The notes below the pieces were generated by a model. That model had not been told where the DNA came from and did no database searches. It saw nothing but the letters and a program-made list of their open reading frames with translations. From Candidatus Aenigmatarchaeota archaeon (GTDB lineage: Archaea; Aenigmatarchaeota; Aenigmatarchaeia; CG10238-14; SpSt-28), in the NCBI GenBank assembly GCA_038733315.1, contig JAVYPJ010000002.1, positions 32,001 through 96,000 of the forward strand: a stretch of 64,000 nucleotides of DNA, written 5' to 3'. The position numbers were made by a program, and so were the translations under genes. Below, piece by piece: positions 30,301 to 39,359 of this stretch. Position 1 is the first letter of the stretch. Each line of letters opens with the position of its first letter.

Positions 30301-32144
30301 ATATAAATGGTTATCTTCTCGATAAATTTTATTCCGGCTTTTTGATAAGGCCTCATATAAACTCTAAAAAGAAGAGTTGTGATGAAATATCCTTAGAGGA
30401 TACTTTGATTAATCCATACATAAAAAACAATTGTTTTGTAGACTCTAGAAATCAAAGAGATATGTCTATAAATAGAAACGAAAGAGTACTATTTTCAGCT
30501 ATTGCATATGCGGGGGCAACTCTAGATAAAATAATCTCAACAAATGTAACTATTAACGTTACTTATAACGGAATAACAAAATATTTAAATTCATCAAGTT
30601 TCGAAGATTTAATATTTTTTAATATAAGCAACTTTACGGATTTAGGAAAGTATGCTATAAATCTTACATATGTTTTTAAAGACAATGAAATAGAGATTTC
30701 TAAACAAGAGCTTTATGAAATAAACGTTTATGATATAAACTATTCAATTACTATTCCAAAAAATTATACAAAAATATTTGGAATTTTATCTTTTATTAGT
30801 CAAATAAACAGGACAAATGGAATATCGGAGGAAAAAATAAGAAATATAACTCGTATAAGCCCAGAAACACCAAGTGTTAAAATAGCAAGTTATAATCTTA
30901 ACACAACATCCTCTGAATTAATCTTTAATGTAACTTTTGAAAAATCTTTTAATGGAGATGTAAAAATTAAAGTAGAGGATGAGCTAGGTATCGAAAAGGA
31001 TATTATCATCAAAAATATTACAGCATACGATTTAGACCTATCTGTTTCATATTTAGATACAATATTTAAAGGTTCATCATTCCAAGTATCAGCATCTTCT
31101 AAGTTATTGCCTTTTGAAATTCCGATAGCTGCGAATTATTCTATACAATATAGCGGAGGATGTGAATTACTTACATCTAAAATTTTATTAAATAGAGAAA
31201 AAGCTCTGTTTTTGTTTAATGCTACAGAAATAGGTAGTTGTGAAATAAGTATTTATGCCAATGCGACATATTTAGATTTATTTTTTGAAAAAAGCATATC
31301 TTTATCATCTATAACAATATTGCCAAGCCAAAAAACTGGAGGAGATTCTATTCCACCAACGCAAAAGGCTAGCTTAATTGTTAGGAAGAGCTCAGATAGC
31401 ATTATAATTGGAGAAAGGGGGTGGAATACTACTATTGTTTTTGTAAAATCGATAGGGAGGGATCAAACAGTTTGGGCAGAGGTTTTGAACTATCCAAAAA
31501 ATCTTGTAAAAATAATTCCGGAAAGTAAATTAATAAAAGATGGTGATGAAGAACCGTTTATTTTTAACATTTCGATTTCTCCAAATGAAAATAGGAGCGA
31601 GTTTGAAATAGAGCTGCAATTTAATAGTGCATATGCTAAGAATCAAACAAAAATAAAACTCATAGTTTTAAAGAAGGCTAAGGAAGAGGATAAAACATTA
31701 GAAAAAGAAATAAGCGATTTAGAGAGTGAAGTAGCAAAATTAGAAAGTGAAGCATCTAAATTAAATAGAGAAGATCTTTTAGAAAAACTATTGAATGCAA
31801 GAAGGTTAATTAGCGATGCTAGGGAAGAACTTAATAAAGGAAATATAGATTCGGCACTATCTAAATTAGGGGAAGTAAGAAATATAATAAATTCTGTAAA
31901 AGACGAGTTAGCTGCTAAAGAGGCAGAGAAAAAAACAGGCGGCTGGAATTTTATAATTGTGCTATTAATAATAGGTATATTAGTAGTTGTTGGCGCGGTT
32001 TCAATTATTTTTATATATCCTAAAATAAAGTTAGGACAAATATCTAAGCCATATTACGATGCAAAGAGAAAAAAATTTGTGTGGACTAGTGAAGATGAAA
32101 CAGTTTGGGAAAGGCTTAAAGAAAAATGGAGAAAAAGACAATAG
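27306..32144 (+). CDS. Large membrane-anchored S8 (subtilisin-like) protease
   Basis: Signal peptide; IIDSG, GHGTHVAG, AAAGN, KPDIVAPG, SGTSMATP; long beta-rich stalk, coiled coil, C-terminal TM helix. Confidence 0.9.
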   Translation: MAVQRNIVKYLFFLLLFFSVLNLETSSSAYLISKNKLDEILNSNCFLFDVYSELKIKCYFDLICSVEEPIKGFENYFLKDEKIFRLLRLDGLRIIDAYNAWNSGLDFYLFGDSSKVGIIDSGIDINHKDFDLSKYKCFYSINGEVKENIWSYCNDSDGHGTHVAGIVAGKYDKNISKCLSNYPCGVAPNATLFIARVFSGPTANLLDILNALDWIVKNNVSIVSMSFGADLSMLRLNSCYPLGNSSEEVTILLFSTLMDFLAIKNNLILIAAAGNNPNSISTPACAKSVIAVGAIDKNRNLAFFSSRGPIDNRTKPDIVAPGVSINSTYPQNTYSIASGTSMATPFVSGAIALLLDMFNKENTTVTSQEIKAILLTSANEPTRNNTFGSGILNVSEMIRIRNNFLTIDVEDGEVLRFKVNKTDSYPFKFTIYRHETFLDSTKYKVKIIKDGAIIFEGESIFDNVFQYKNDTLNGDFEIEVKINHNSTMVDNKFTFAFSHRIQNLSKFLEENLNNSIQPMLNVTIDPSIEFGLNPINRRIGIFISDFAGMPIAADIINVSIVNSSGSIIHSSLHFNKSSIYLEIPSDLTEFNYTLYVVAENGKRFGVVSKNFTYTPFYLISPNKILKLMNGDLLNITIKFDDSINNINEAFLYLEGNKDEKLDISFSFNDNIAYNITNINLNQKGKYFLFLNVSLDGNPIEFEIPILEFSPIFDYEISYPRYMFADKEYTINIDIFHINGSRVNIEKTICIENDTNKIFCNSSLSNNIKMFTNISVSGDYNLNISAIDNNGNFLNEKIPITINFIPDRIIINKQKEKFTILEPLDVSAEIINSTKNSQCSFCTVFVNMTKDGKIIFSRKSFEDFKNFVIPKDFESGKYKLTFFAQINSTILNETEIEIETLEILTNVSEKVFPNYYDVYINISVNTTSNVSISISRINISEESIQLNPSSDIETISGCENKSIDETNKILWCNSTSDIILKINSSETSTFFIEIIAYGDNINGYLLDKFYSGFLIRPHINSKKKSCDEISLEDTLINPYIKNNCFVDSRNQRDMSINRNERVLFSAIAYAGATLDKIISTNVTINVTYNGITKYLNSSSFEDLIFFNISNFTDLGKYAINLTYVFKDNEIEISKQELYEINVYDINYSITIPKNYTKIFGILSFISQINRTNGISEEKIRNITRISPETPSVKIASYNLNTTSSELIFNVTFEKSFNGDVKIKVEDELGIEKDIIIKNITAYDLDLSVSYLDTIFKGSSFQVSASSKLLPFEIPIAANYSIQYSGGCELLTSKILLNREKALFLFNATEIGSCEISIYANATYLDLFFEKSISLSSITILPSQKTGGDSIPPTQKASLIVRKSSDSIIIGERGWNTTIVFVKSIGRDQTVWAEVLNYPKNLVKIIPESKLIKDGDEEPFIFNISISPNENRSEFEIELQFNSAYAKNQTKIKLIVLKKAKEEDKTLEKEISDLESEVAKLESEASKLNREDLLEKLLNARRLISDAREELNKGNIDSALSKLGEVRNIINSVKDELAAKEAEKKTGGWNFIIVLLIIGILVVVGAVSIIFIYPKIKLGQISKPYYDAKRKKFVWTSEDETVWERLKEKWRKRQ

Positions 32145-33019
32145 TTTATAAGAATGGAATTTCTATAGCTAATATATGTCTTTTGGACCCAGTAATTTCC
32201 GATTTAATTTCTTTCGTTTCTCATGCACATATAGATCACGCACCATATTTAGTAGTTAAAAAACCTTTTGCCACAGCAGAAACTGTAGAGCTTATAAATG
32301 TAAGAGATAAACTCTTTATTGCAAATGTAGTTAAATATAATAGAAAGTATAAATTCGATTGTTTATCTTTTACATTTTTTGATTCGAAACATATTTTAGG
32401 CTCTGCAATGATTTACATAGAAATAGATGGCACATCTTTTTTATATACTGGCGACATATGTACTAAGGATTTTAAAAAAGATGTAGAAGTTTTAATAATC
32501 GAATCTACATTTGGAAGCAAAGAATATGTTTTTCCAGATAGAGAGGAAGAAGTGAAGAGACTAATAAATTTTGTTAAGGAGAAAACTGAAATTCTAAACA
32601 AAAAATTAGAGATAGGGGCATATCCGTTAGGTAAAGCTCAAGAGATTATAAAAATTCTTAACGATTTTGGATTTATACCCTCGGCTACAAAAACAATAGA
32701 AAAATTCAATGAAATTTATAGAAAATTTGGAGTAAAGTTAGAAACTTGTGAAGATTCGAATATCTTAATAAGACCTATGAATAACGTTATTAACTCACCA
32801 TTAGAAGGTTATTACCATGCTTTTTGTAGCGGGTGGGCTATAACTAGGAAAATAAATGGTATAGAAGGTTTTGTTATTTCTGACCACCTAGACTTTAATG
32901 GCTTAATAGAGTTTGTAGAGAATGTTAATCCAAAAGAAATTTATACATGCCACGGCTTTTCTGAAATTTTTGCAAACGAATTAAGGAAAAGAGGCTTTAA
33001 TGCACAAAGCCTAGTTTAG
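32126..33019 (+). CDS. Metallo-beta-lactamase-fold nuclease (beta-CASP-like)
   Basis: SHAHIDH, HILGS, YTGD, IESTFG, YPLGKAQE, SDHLDF, HG. Confidence 0.88.
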   Translation: MEKKTIVYKNGISIANICLLDPVISDLISFVSHAHIDHAPYLVVKKPFATAETVELINVRDKLFIANVVKYNRKYKFDCLSFTFFDSKHILGSAMIYIEIDGTSFLYTGDICTKDFKKDVEVLIIESTFGSKEYVFPDREEEVKRLINFVKEKTEILNKKLEIGAYPLGKAQEIIKILNDFGFIPSATKTIEKFNEIYRKFGVKLETCEDSNILIRPMNNVINSPLEGYYHAFCSGWAITRKINGIEGFVISDHLDFNGLIEFVENVNPKEIYTCHGFSEIFANELRKRGFNAQSLV

Positions 33020-33030
33020 ACAATCATAGA

Positions 33031-33558
33031 CTATGGCAAAAACTTTTTTCTCCACCTTTCTATCAGCTTTTCAGCTTCGGATTTTTCATTTTTGCTTTCA
33101 CTAATCGTTTGATTTTGTGGTTTTTCAACTTTTTCTTCTTTATTTTCTTTCACTTCAACCTTAATTGCTAACATTTTTTGCCATATTTGATTTAGCTCCG
33201 ACTCACTTATATCTATTGGCTTATTTTGAAATATTGGAACATCGTTTTCGCTATATATGGGATAAATTCTTATGTTAAAATGTTTTAGTGGAGATCTTAT
33301 TATAGCTATTTGGACATCCATAGCTTCAAGAACATCTTTTATACCTTTTGATAGTTCAAAAGATTTTTTTAGACAATGAAAAGAGGTTTGTATATCAAAA
33401 TCAAAGTTTTCATAGTGGAATCTCGGTACTAAAATTACCATTCCTTTCGTTACAGGCCTTATATCTAAAAAGGCAACACACTTTTCATCTTCGTAAATAG
33501 TATAAGAAGGAATTTCTTTTTTAACAATTTTACAAAATATACACTCTTGGGTTGTCAT
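33031..33558 (-). CDS. HIT family protein with degenerate histidine triad
   Basis: CIFCKIV..EIPS, AFLDIRPVTKG; triad region reads HFNIRIYP. Confidence 0.8.
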   Translation of the reverse strand: MTTQECIFCKIVKKEIPSYTIYEDEKCVAFLDIRPVTKGMVILVPRFHYENFDFDIQTSFHCLKKSFELSKGIKDVLEAMDVQIAIIRSPLKHFNIRIYPIYSENDVPIFQNKPIDISESELNQIWQKMLAIKVEVKENKEEKVEKPQNQTISESKNEKSEAEKLIERWRKKFLP

Positions 33559-33595
33559 AATTTTTTAATGTGTTGTATGAATATATTTGCTGTTT

Positions 33596-34120
33596 TTAAT
33601 AAATAAATCCGCTTCTATATAATCTTCTTAGGACTTCTTTACTAATAGCTCTTGCCTCTAATTCCTCTTCGGAATTATAATATTCTTTGAAACTGGCATA
33701 TTCTGAACTACTTTTTTTAATCTTTTTTCTAAGATCTTGAATATAGTGAGTAAGCTCATGAGCAATGGTTTCTATTAGTTTTTTTGGATTATATAGAAGT
33801 TTTTTCAATACATATACAGATGCACTATAAACTTTTCCATAAGAATTCTTTAAACTTTCGTAAACACCAAGAGTTATTGTATTTTTATAAATGCTTGGTA
33901 AATAATCTACAAAATATAAATTTACTCTATCTAGAACATTTTTCGGTACTTCATAAATTTTTGAAATCTCTTGTTTTATAGATTCGAATATTTGTTTGAT
34001 ATATCTTTTGTTTTGAATCAAATTTACATACTCTGGAATTATAATTATCCCCTCTCTAACTCTACTCAAGTTATCGTACAGCTCTTTTAATAATCTTTCA
34101 AATACAGATTTTTCTTTCAT
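33596..34120 (-). CDS. Putative zinc metallopeptidase
   Basis: TIAHELTHYIQ followed by EELEAR. Confidence 0.65.
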   Translation of the reverse strand: MKEKSVFERLLKELYDNLSRVREGIIIIPEYVNLIQNKRYIKQIFESIKQEISKIYEVPKNVLDRVNLYFVDYLPSIYKNTITLGVYESLKNSYGKVYSASVYVLKKLLYNPKKLIETIAHELTHYIQDLRKKIKKSSSEYASFKEYYNSEEELEARAISKEVLRRLYRSGFIY

Positions 34121-34174
34121 AATACCCTTTAAATTTTAACGATATATATTTAACTTCTTCTTAAATAATAATTT

Positions 34175-34648
34175 ATGAAAAGTAAAGGACAAGCTGCCTT
34201 AGAGTTCCTAATGACATACGGATGGGCAATAATGCTAGTAATAGTAGTAGTAGGAGCACTATATGCAACAGGAATGCTTAAGCCATGTAGATGGGTAGGA
34301 GTACAAATAAGAGACTTTCCACCATCTCAGTTTGGTGTACAGCATATAGCAACAAATGCCACTCATATGGTAATAGAATTAACTAATAATAATCTAAGAA
34401 AAGTAAATATTACTAATGTTATTGCTGAGGTATACACCGATGGAAGCCGTCTTGATGAAAGTAAAGTTAATGTATCATTTGAAAGAGAAAAGATACCATT
34501 TGAATTAGAAGTCGGGGGAAAAGTAAAGACTTATATTAGTTTTGGCGAATTATCTTCAGGAACCTGTATTGATATTAAATTAGCAATTAATTATACTATT
34601 GATGAAGTACCTACTTCAGTAACGGGAAGAATATCTCATAGCGTTTAA
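34175..34648 (+). CDS. Type IV pilin with class III signal peptide
   Basis: MKSKG|QAALEFLMTYGWAIMLVIVVVGAL. Confidence 0.85.
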   Translation: MKSKGQAALEFLMTYGWAIMLVIVVVGALYATGMLKPCRWVGVQIRDFPPSQFGVQHIATNATHMVIELTNNNLRKVNITNVIAEVYTDGSRLDESKVNVSFEREKIPFELEVGGKVKTYISFGELSSGTCIDIKLAINYTIDEVPTSVTGRISHSV

Positions 34649-34678
34649 TTACAAATCTTTTTTCTTCTTTTTTTCTTT

Positions 34679-34843
34679 TTAAACCAAAAGAATTCTTAAT
34701 AAAAGAACTAGGGTTCCAATTAAAACGGAAATTATTATAATATGTTCAGCCTTTATTTTAATCTTAGCTTCTGGTTCTTCCTCTAAGAACATTAATCCTC
34801 CGTATCCGCTTGGCATCATGTATTTTTTGGGTTTTTTAACCAT
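34679..34843 (-). CDS. secG: Preprotein translocase subunit SecG/Sec61beta, absent from the ORF track
   Basis: MVKKPKKYMMPSGYGGLMFLEEEPEAKIKIKAEHIIIISVLIGTLVLLLRILLV. Confidence 0.85.
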   Translation of the reverse strand: MVKKPKKYMMPSGYGGLMFLEEEPEAKIKIKAEHIIIISVLIGTLVLLLRILLV

Positions 34844-34871
34844 AACTAATAATAACAAAAATAATCTTTAT

Positions 34872-36146
34872 ATGGAGATTGTAAGAAGATATTATTCTAA
34901 TCAAAGAATATTAGATTTTTTGGTTGAATTCGCAAAAGATAGAGAGGTAGTTGCTGTTTATAAAGACGGTAAATACGGTAAAAGACCAGATATTTTACAA
35001 TACTCTGGAGATATAATCTCAAAAGTAGAAGAGGGTGCTATAGCTTTTCACTGTAGCGCAGAAAAGTGGAAAAATCCGATGCAGTTAAGGGCGGGTATGA
35101 CAAAGAAAGAATATGACGAACTAAGATTAGCATGGGATTTAGTTATAGATATAGATGTTAAGGATTTTGAAATAGCAAAATTAACAACAAAAGTTATAGC
35201 AGAATTTTTAAAAAGATATCAAGTAAAAAATCTATTGATTAAGTTTACTGGCGGGGATAGTTTTCACATATTAATTCCATCTAAAAGCTTTCCACCTTTT
35301 TTTAACAAAATTCCAATATCTCTACAATATGAAGAGCTAAGCAAAAAGATAATAGAGTTTATAAAAATTTCTGTAGAAGAGGAGCTAAAAAAACTTATGT
35401 TAGAGTTTTTCAATCCAAAAGATCTAGTAGAAAAGTTAGGAAAAAGACTTAGCGAGATTTCTGAGATAAAGCCATTTAGCTTTATTAATATCGATATTTT
35501 TGGAGTAAGACATTTATTTAGAATGCCGTATTCGTTACATGAAAAGACATTATTAGTTAGTCTGCCAATAGATCCAAAAGAAATCTTAAATTTTAGAAAA
35601 AGTGATGCAAATCCTGAAAATGTTGATTTTAATGAAAGCTTAGTCAGTTTTAAGTATGAAAATGATGCAAAATATCTTTTATTAGAAGCTTTTGAAAGAG
35701 TTAAATTAGAAATAGAAAAGGAGATAGAATATTTAAAAGAAAAAATAGACATAAAAGGCAAGAAAAAAATTCCAATAGAATTTTTTCCACCGTGCATAAA
35801 AACGATTTTAAATGGTTTAGAGGATGGAAGAAATAGAAGTATATTCGTTTTAATAACATTTCTTAGGAATGCCGGATATGAATGGGATGAGATAGATAAA
35901 ATATTACACGAATGGAATGAAAAAAACAAACCTCCGCTAAGAGAAGGTATTATAAGAACTCAGTTAAGATGGCATATGAGACAAGAAAGAGACTTATTAC
36001 CTCCTAATTGTGACCACTCAACATTTTATAAGGATTATAATGTTTGTAAACCAGATGAATTTTGCAAAACTATAAGAAATCCTTTATCTTATGCTCTAAA
36101 AAAATACCTCCAATCTAAAAAATCCACAAAAAAAGAAAGCCCTTAA
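34872..36146 (+). CDS. Fused DNA primase (PriS-PriL single chain)
   Basis: WDLVIDID, KFTGGDSFH, HLFRMPYSLHEK (PriS) then FPPCIK...LEDGR...PPNC...C...C..NPL (PriL Fe-S domain); start moved to MEIVRR. Confidence 0.9.
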   Translation: MEIVRRYYSNQRILDFLVEFAKDREVVAVYKDGKYGKRPDILQYSGDIISKVEEGAIAFHCSAEKWKNPMQLRAGMTKKEYDELRLAWDLVIDIDVKDFEIAKLTTKVIAEFLKRYQVKNLLIKFTGGDSFHILIPSKSFPPFFNKIPISLQYEELSKKIIEFIKISVEEELKKLMLEFFNPKDLVEKLGKRLSEISEIKPFSFINIDIFGVRHLFRMPYSLHEKTLLVSLPIDPKEILNFRKSDANPENVDFNESLVSFKYENDAKYLLLEAFERVKLEIEKEIEYLKEKIDIKGKKKIPIEFFPPCIKTILNGLEDGRNRSIFVLITFLRNAGYEWDEIDKILHEWNEKNKPPLREGIIRTQLRWHMRQERDLLPPNCDHSTFYKDYNVCKPDEFCKTIRNPLSYALKKYLQSKKSTKKESP

Positions 36147-36177
36147 TAAATTAATTTTTTAGGATTTTCTAAATAGT

Positions 36178-36327
36178 ATGGAGATTGTAACAACAACAAT
36201 ACCTTTAAATGTTAACATATATTCAGCAGCAATAATTTTACTTATTTTGATTATAATTTTTCTGCTAATAATGACATTAAAGACTAGAAGAGAATTACTA
36301 AAGAGAAAATATATAGAAATGCCCTAA
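36178..36327 (+). CDS. Small single-TM protein (49 aa), absent from the ORF track
   Basis: MEIVTTTIPLNVNIYSAAIILLILIIIFLLIMTLKTRRELLKRKYIEMP; fills the gap. Confidence 0.55.
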   Translation: MEIVTTTIPLNVNIYSAAIILLILIIIFLLIMTLKTRRELLKRKYIEMP

Positions 36328-36330
36328 CCT

Positions 36331-36756
36331 TTAGCTAGAACTCTTATAAACCTCATAAGCAATTCTATCTAAAAAACTAATTCCTTTATTAGTTAGCTTT
36401 CTACCCCTTTTCTCTATTTTTTCTACGAATCCAGCATTTTCTAACTGTTGTAGAATAGTTCTAATAATCTTACCACCAGCTTTTCTAAACTTTTCTCTTT
36501 TTCTTTTATGCTGTTTTCTTTTTCCATAATAAGTCCTCAATCTTCTAACACCAATTTCACCATCTATATATAATCTTCTTAAAATACTAGCAGCTCTAAT
36601 ATACCAAAAATCTTCTTGCTCTGGAGGTCTTTCGTTCGCACTCGATGATTTTGCAAACAATACCCATTTAGGAGGTTTAATTATATCTATTTTTTTCAAC
36701 TCTTCTTTAAGCCTTTCTACGAATTTCTGCGGATCTACATCATAAACGTTTACCAT
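36331..36756 (-). CDS. rps19e: 30S ribosomal protein eS19
   Basis: PPKW, ERPP, WYIRAASILRRLY, IIRTILQQLE.AG. Confidence 0.96.
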   Translation of the reverse strand: MVNVYDVDPQKFVERLKEELKKIDIIKPPKWVLFAKSSSANERPPEQEDFWYIRAASILRRLYIDGEIGVRRLRTYYGKRKQHKRKREKFRKAGGKIIRTILQQLENAGFVEKIEKRGRKLTNKGISFLDRIAYEVYKSSS

Positions 36757-36792
36757 AAAGAATATTTTTTAAAAAATATAAAGATTAATTTT

Positions 36793-36996
36793 ATGTCAAT
36801 AGAAGAGGTAAAACAAAAAATATTAGAAATATTAAAGGCAAGGAGCGTAATAAGTAAAAGAGAACTTAGCACGTTAATAGAGAATAGGGATGAATTAGAA
36901 AAAGCAATATACGAGCTAATTTCTAACAACTTCATATTTGAAATTAATGTATTAGGTGGTAATTATTATGGAATTAAAAACTCCAAAAATAAATAA
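36793..36996 (+). CDS. Small winged-helix protein
   Basis: KILEILK..ISKRELS...LEKAIYELISNNFIFE. Confidence 0.6.
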   Translation: MSIEEVKQKILEILKARSVISKRELSTLIENRDELEKAIYELISNNFIFEINVLGGNYYGIKNSKNK

Positions 36997-37156
36997 AGAT
37001 CAAGCAATCGCAGTGCTATTTATAATTTTGATTTTTATAGTTTTTCTTTTAGACGCCTCCACAACCAAAGTAAATTTATGTAAAATAAACGGAAACAGTA
37101 CCCATCAAAATTGTATAACGCTGCCAATAAAAATATTCCCATTTTTAAAAGAGTGA
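36968..37156 (+). CDS. Small membrane protein
   Basis: One TM helix and a C-terminal Cys pair; start uncertain. Confidence 0.5.
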   Translation: MELKTPKINKDQAIAVLFIILIFIVFLLDASTTKVNLCKINGNSTHQNCITLPIKIFPFLKE

Positions 37157-37300
37157 GATTTTAAATTTTTTTATCACTATATGGTGGATTAGCTAATCTA
37201 AAAGAAATATTAGAAATATAACGATAAAAAAACTGAAATTTCTTTACAGCTATAAACTAAGCTTAAAATCTATATATCCACTTGGCGCATTTTAATAAAT

Positions 37301-37591
37301 ATGGAAAATAAAAGGAAGGATGAGCTAGAAAATGTACTAAAAATTCTTTTAGTTTTGAAAAAAATAAATGGATGGATATGGCTAAGAGAATTAGCAAGGA
37401 GAACCAAATTACATCATAAAACCGTTTCTAGACTTTTATACAAATATTTTCAACCCTTTATAGAAGAGCAAAAACTTTTACCTTTTAGGGCAAGGCTTAT
37501 AAGGCTAAAAGAAGATATTAACATAGAAAAGTTTATAGCTTTTTGGAAAATAAAAAAATTGCAAGAAATATATGATAAGAAGTTCAAATAA
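37301..37591 (+). CDS. Winged-helix DNA-binding protein
   Basis: WIWLRELARRTKLHHKTVSRLL HTH. Confidence 0.75.
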   Translation: MENKRKDELENVLKILLVLKKINGWIWLRELARRTKLHHKTVSRLLYKYFQPFIEEQKLLPFRARLIRLKEDINIEKFIAFWKIKKLQEIYDKKFK

Positions 37592-37593
37592 TT

Positions 37594-38214
37594 ATGGGAG
37601 TTTTTGATAGTTTAAAAAAATTATTTAAAAGAAAATCTCAACTGGAATTATTACAAGCTGAAGAAAAAAACGAGAGCGAAACTGTAGAAAGTGATGTAGA
37701 AACTCAAAAAATAGAAAACGATGCTAAGGAAATAGAAAGAGAGTTCTATAGTTATGAGCAGGTAATAGATAAAAATTTTGTATATGGGTATATTTTGAAA
37801 ACTCTAAAATCCATTGAGGAATCTCTAAAAAGAATCGAGTATAATATGATAACTAAGGATTGGGCTTCCTTAAATTTAACAGAAAAGAAGGATTTAGAAA
37901 ATCTTATAAACAAGCTAAATGAAAAAATAGAATATACTAGGATACTTTTACCTGCTTCAAGCGCTTTAAGCAGATCAAGCAATAGATTAAATGAAATTAT
38001 AAGAAAAGCAGCTGAAATAATAAGAAGCAGAAAAGAAATTAGCTATGAAGATTTGGCCAAGGAGTTAGGAATTTCTAGTAGTTACTTAAGAGCCATAGCA
38101 AATTTAATAGAAATAAATAATAATGATATTAAGCGGATAATAAAAGACAAAAAAGGTTTTTTTGTTTGTGATTTTAGCAATACAGGTGAAAAAGATAAGA
38201 ACGCAACTGCTTAA
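37594..38214 (+). CDS. Coiled-coil plus C-terminal HTH protein with N-terminal amphipathic helix
   Basis: MGVFDSLKKLFKRK; coiled coil; ISYEDLAKELGISSSYLR HTH. Confidence 0.75.
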   Translation: MGVFDSLKKLFKRKSQLELLQAEEKNESETVESDVETQKIENDAKEIEREFYSYEQVIDKNFVYGYILKTLKSIEESLKRIEYNMITKDWASLNLTEKKDLENLINKLNEKIEYTRILLPASSALSRSSNRLNEIIRKAAEIIRSRKEISYEDLAKELGISSSYLRAIANLIEINNNDIKRIIKDKKGFFVCDFSNTGEKDKNATA

Positions 38215-38441
38215 GCTGCTCAAGCAATTCAAGCAGGTAAATTAAGCTATTGGCCTTAGAGATCTGAACTGCTTAAGCTGCTTAAGCAGATTAATGCATA
38301 TGATTAGATAAAAAAAATATCAGGATTGTGTTTTAGTGATCTGCTGCTTAAGCAGTTCAAGCAGTTGAATCAAAAGTGTTGATGATCTGCTGCTTGTGCT
38401 TACAAGCGCTTGAAGCGCTTCAAGCAGTTCAAGCAGTTGAA
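38205..38441. repeat. Array of 9-nt-period YAAGCWG repeats with embedded palindromes
   Basis: Four blocks; CTGCTTAAGCAG at 38278 and 38344; GCTTGAAGCGCTTCAAGC at 38408-38425; AAGCAGTTCAAGCAGTTGAA twice. Confidence 0.85.
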
Positions 38442-38512
38442 ATTTTTAACATTTTTTGAGAATTCTGAAGTACTCTCGTTAAATATTTTAACTTCTCTGT
38501 TGTCACTAAATT

Positions 38513-39179
38513 ATTTAAAAACCCTCACATTTATAGCATGGACATTAGTTAGAATTTATAACATCTACTTTAAATCTGCCTTTATTTTTACTCTCTCACA
38601 CTTCTGGCATTCGTTAATTAGGAGTGCTTTCATAACTCTCACGCATTTATAAAATTTTGTATAAACTCTCACATTTCAGTTTTAATTTTTTAGTTTTTAC
38701 CTTTCTCACATTTTTAAACTCTGGATTATATGGTATATCTTAACCACTTTTTAGAGGTTATATAATTTTAAATCTCTCACATTCATGGCTTTAATTTGTT
38801 TAACTACTCATAAATAAATAGTAGATATCATTTTATCTATTTATTAGTAATATTTTATTTAACGAAAAAAATGCATCATTATAGTATTTAAATTCGATTT
38901 TTTGGAAATATACACTTTTTTATATATATTTTTTTGTACTGGTCACTCTATAGTAGATACTAAATAGTAAATTTTTAGGTTGTTTTTTACAGATTTTTTA
39001 GTAAAAAACCTTCTTTAAACCTTTTTTATGCTGAAAAAACTTGATTTTTAGCAGATAAATCACAAAAAAATCTACGGATAGCCTAACGAAGGCAAAAAAT
39101 ACCCTAAAAAAATTTATAGCTGGCTTACTAGGCCAGTTATAATTTTTGAAGTTTCGATTGTATGTGAGGGTTTTTAAAT
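38513..39179. promoter_or_regulatory. Candidate replication origin or iteron region: CTCTCACA direct repeats, AT-rich core, 18-bp inverted repeat
   Basis: ATTTAAAAACCCTCACAT 38513-38530 inverted at 39162-39179; YCTCAC copies near 38522, 38593, 38636, 38666, 38703, 38774. Confidence 0.5.
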
Positions 39180-39359
39180 TTTTGTAGTCATTATTAGGTA
39201 GATAAAAATTTATTAGGTTTAAACTAGCTTAAATAAAGAAAATTGTGTAGTTTGTTAAGCGGTTTTAAGCGGTTTGTAATGCAGTTGTTTTTAATGTCAT
39301 ATAGCCAGCTGGTGCATTTTATTATAGCTAAAATCTATAACTTTAAATTTTTAACAAAC

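Noticed and set aside
38205..38800. CRISPR array
   Set aside because: Repeats are 8-20 nt, degenerate and irregularly spaced; there is no constant 24-40 nt repeat with unique spacers and no cas gene in the window
38513..39179. MITE bounded by the 18-bp inverted repeat
   Set aside because: No target-site duplication, no transposase, and the repeat core recurs internally like iterons; not fully excluded without the rest of the genome
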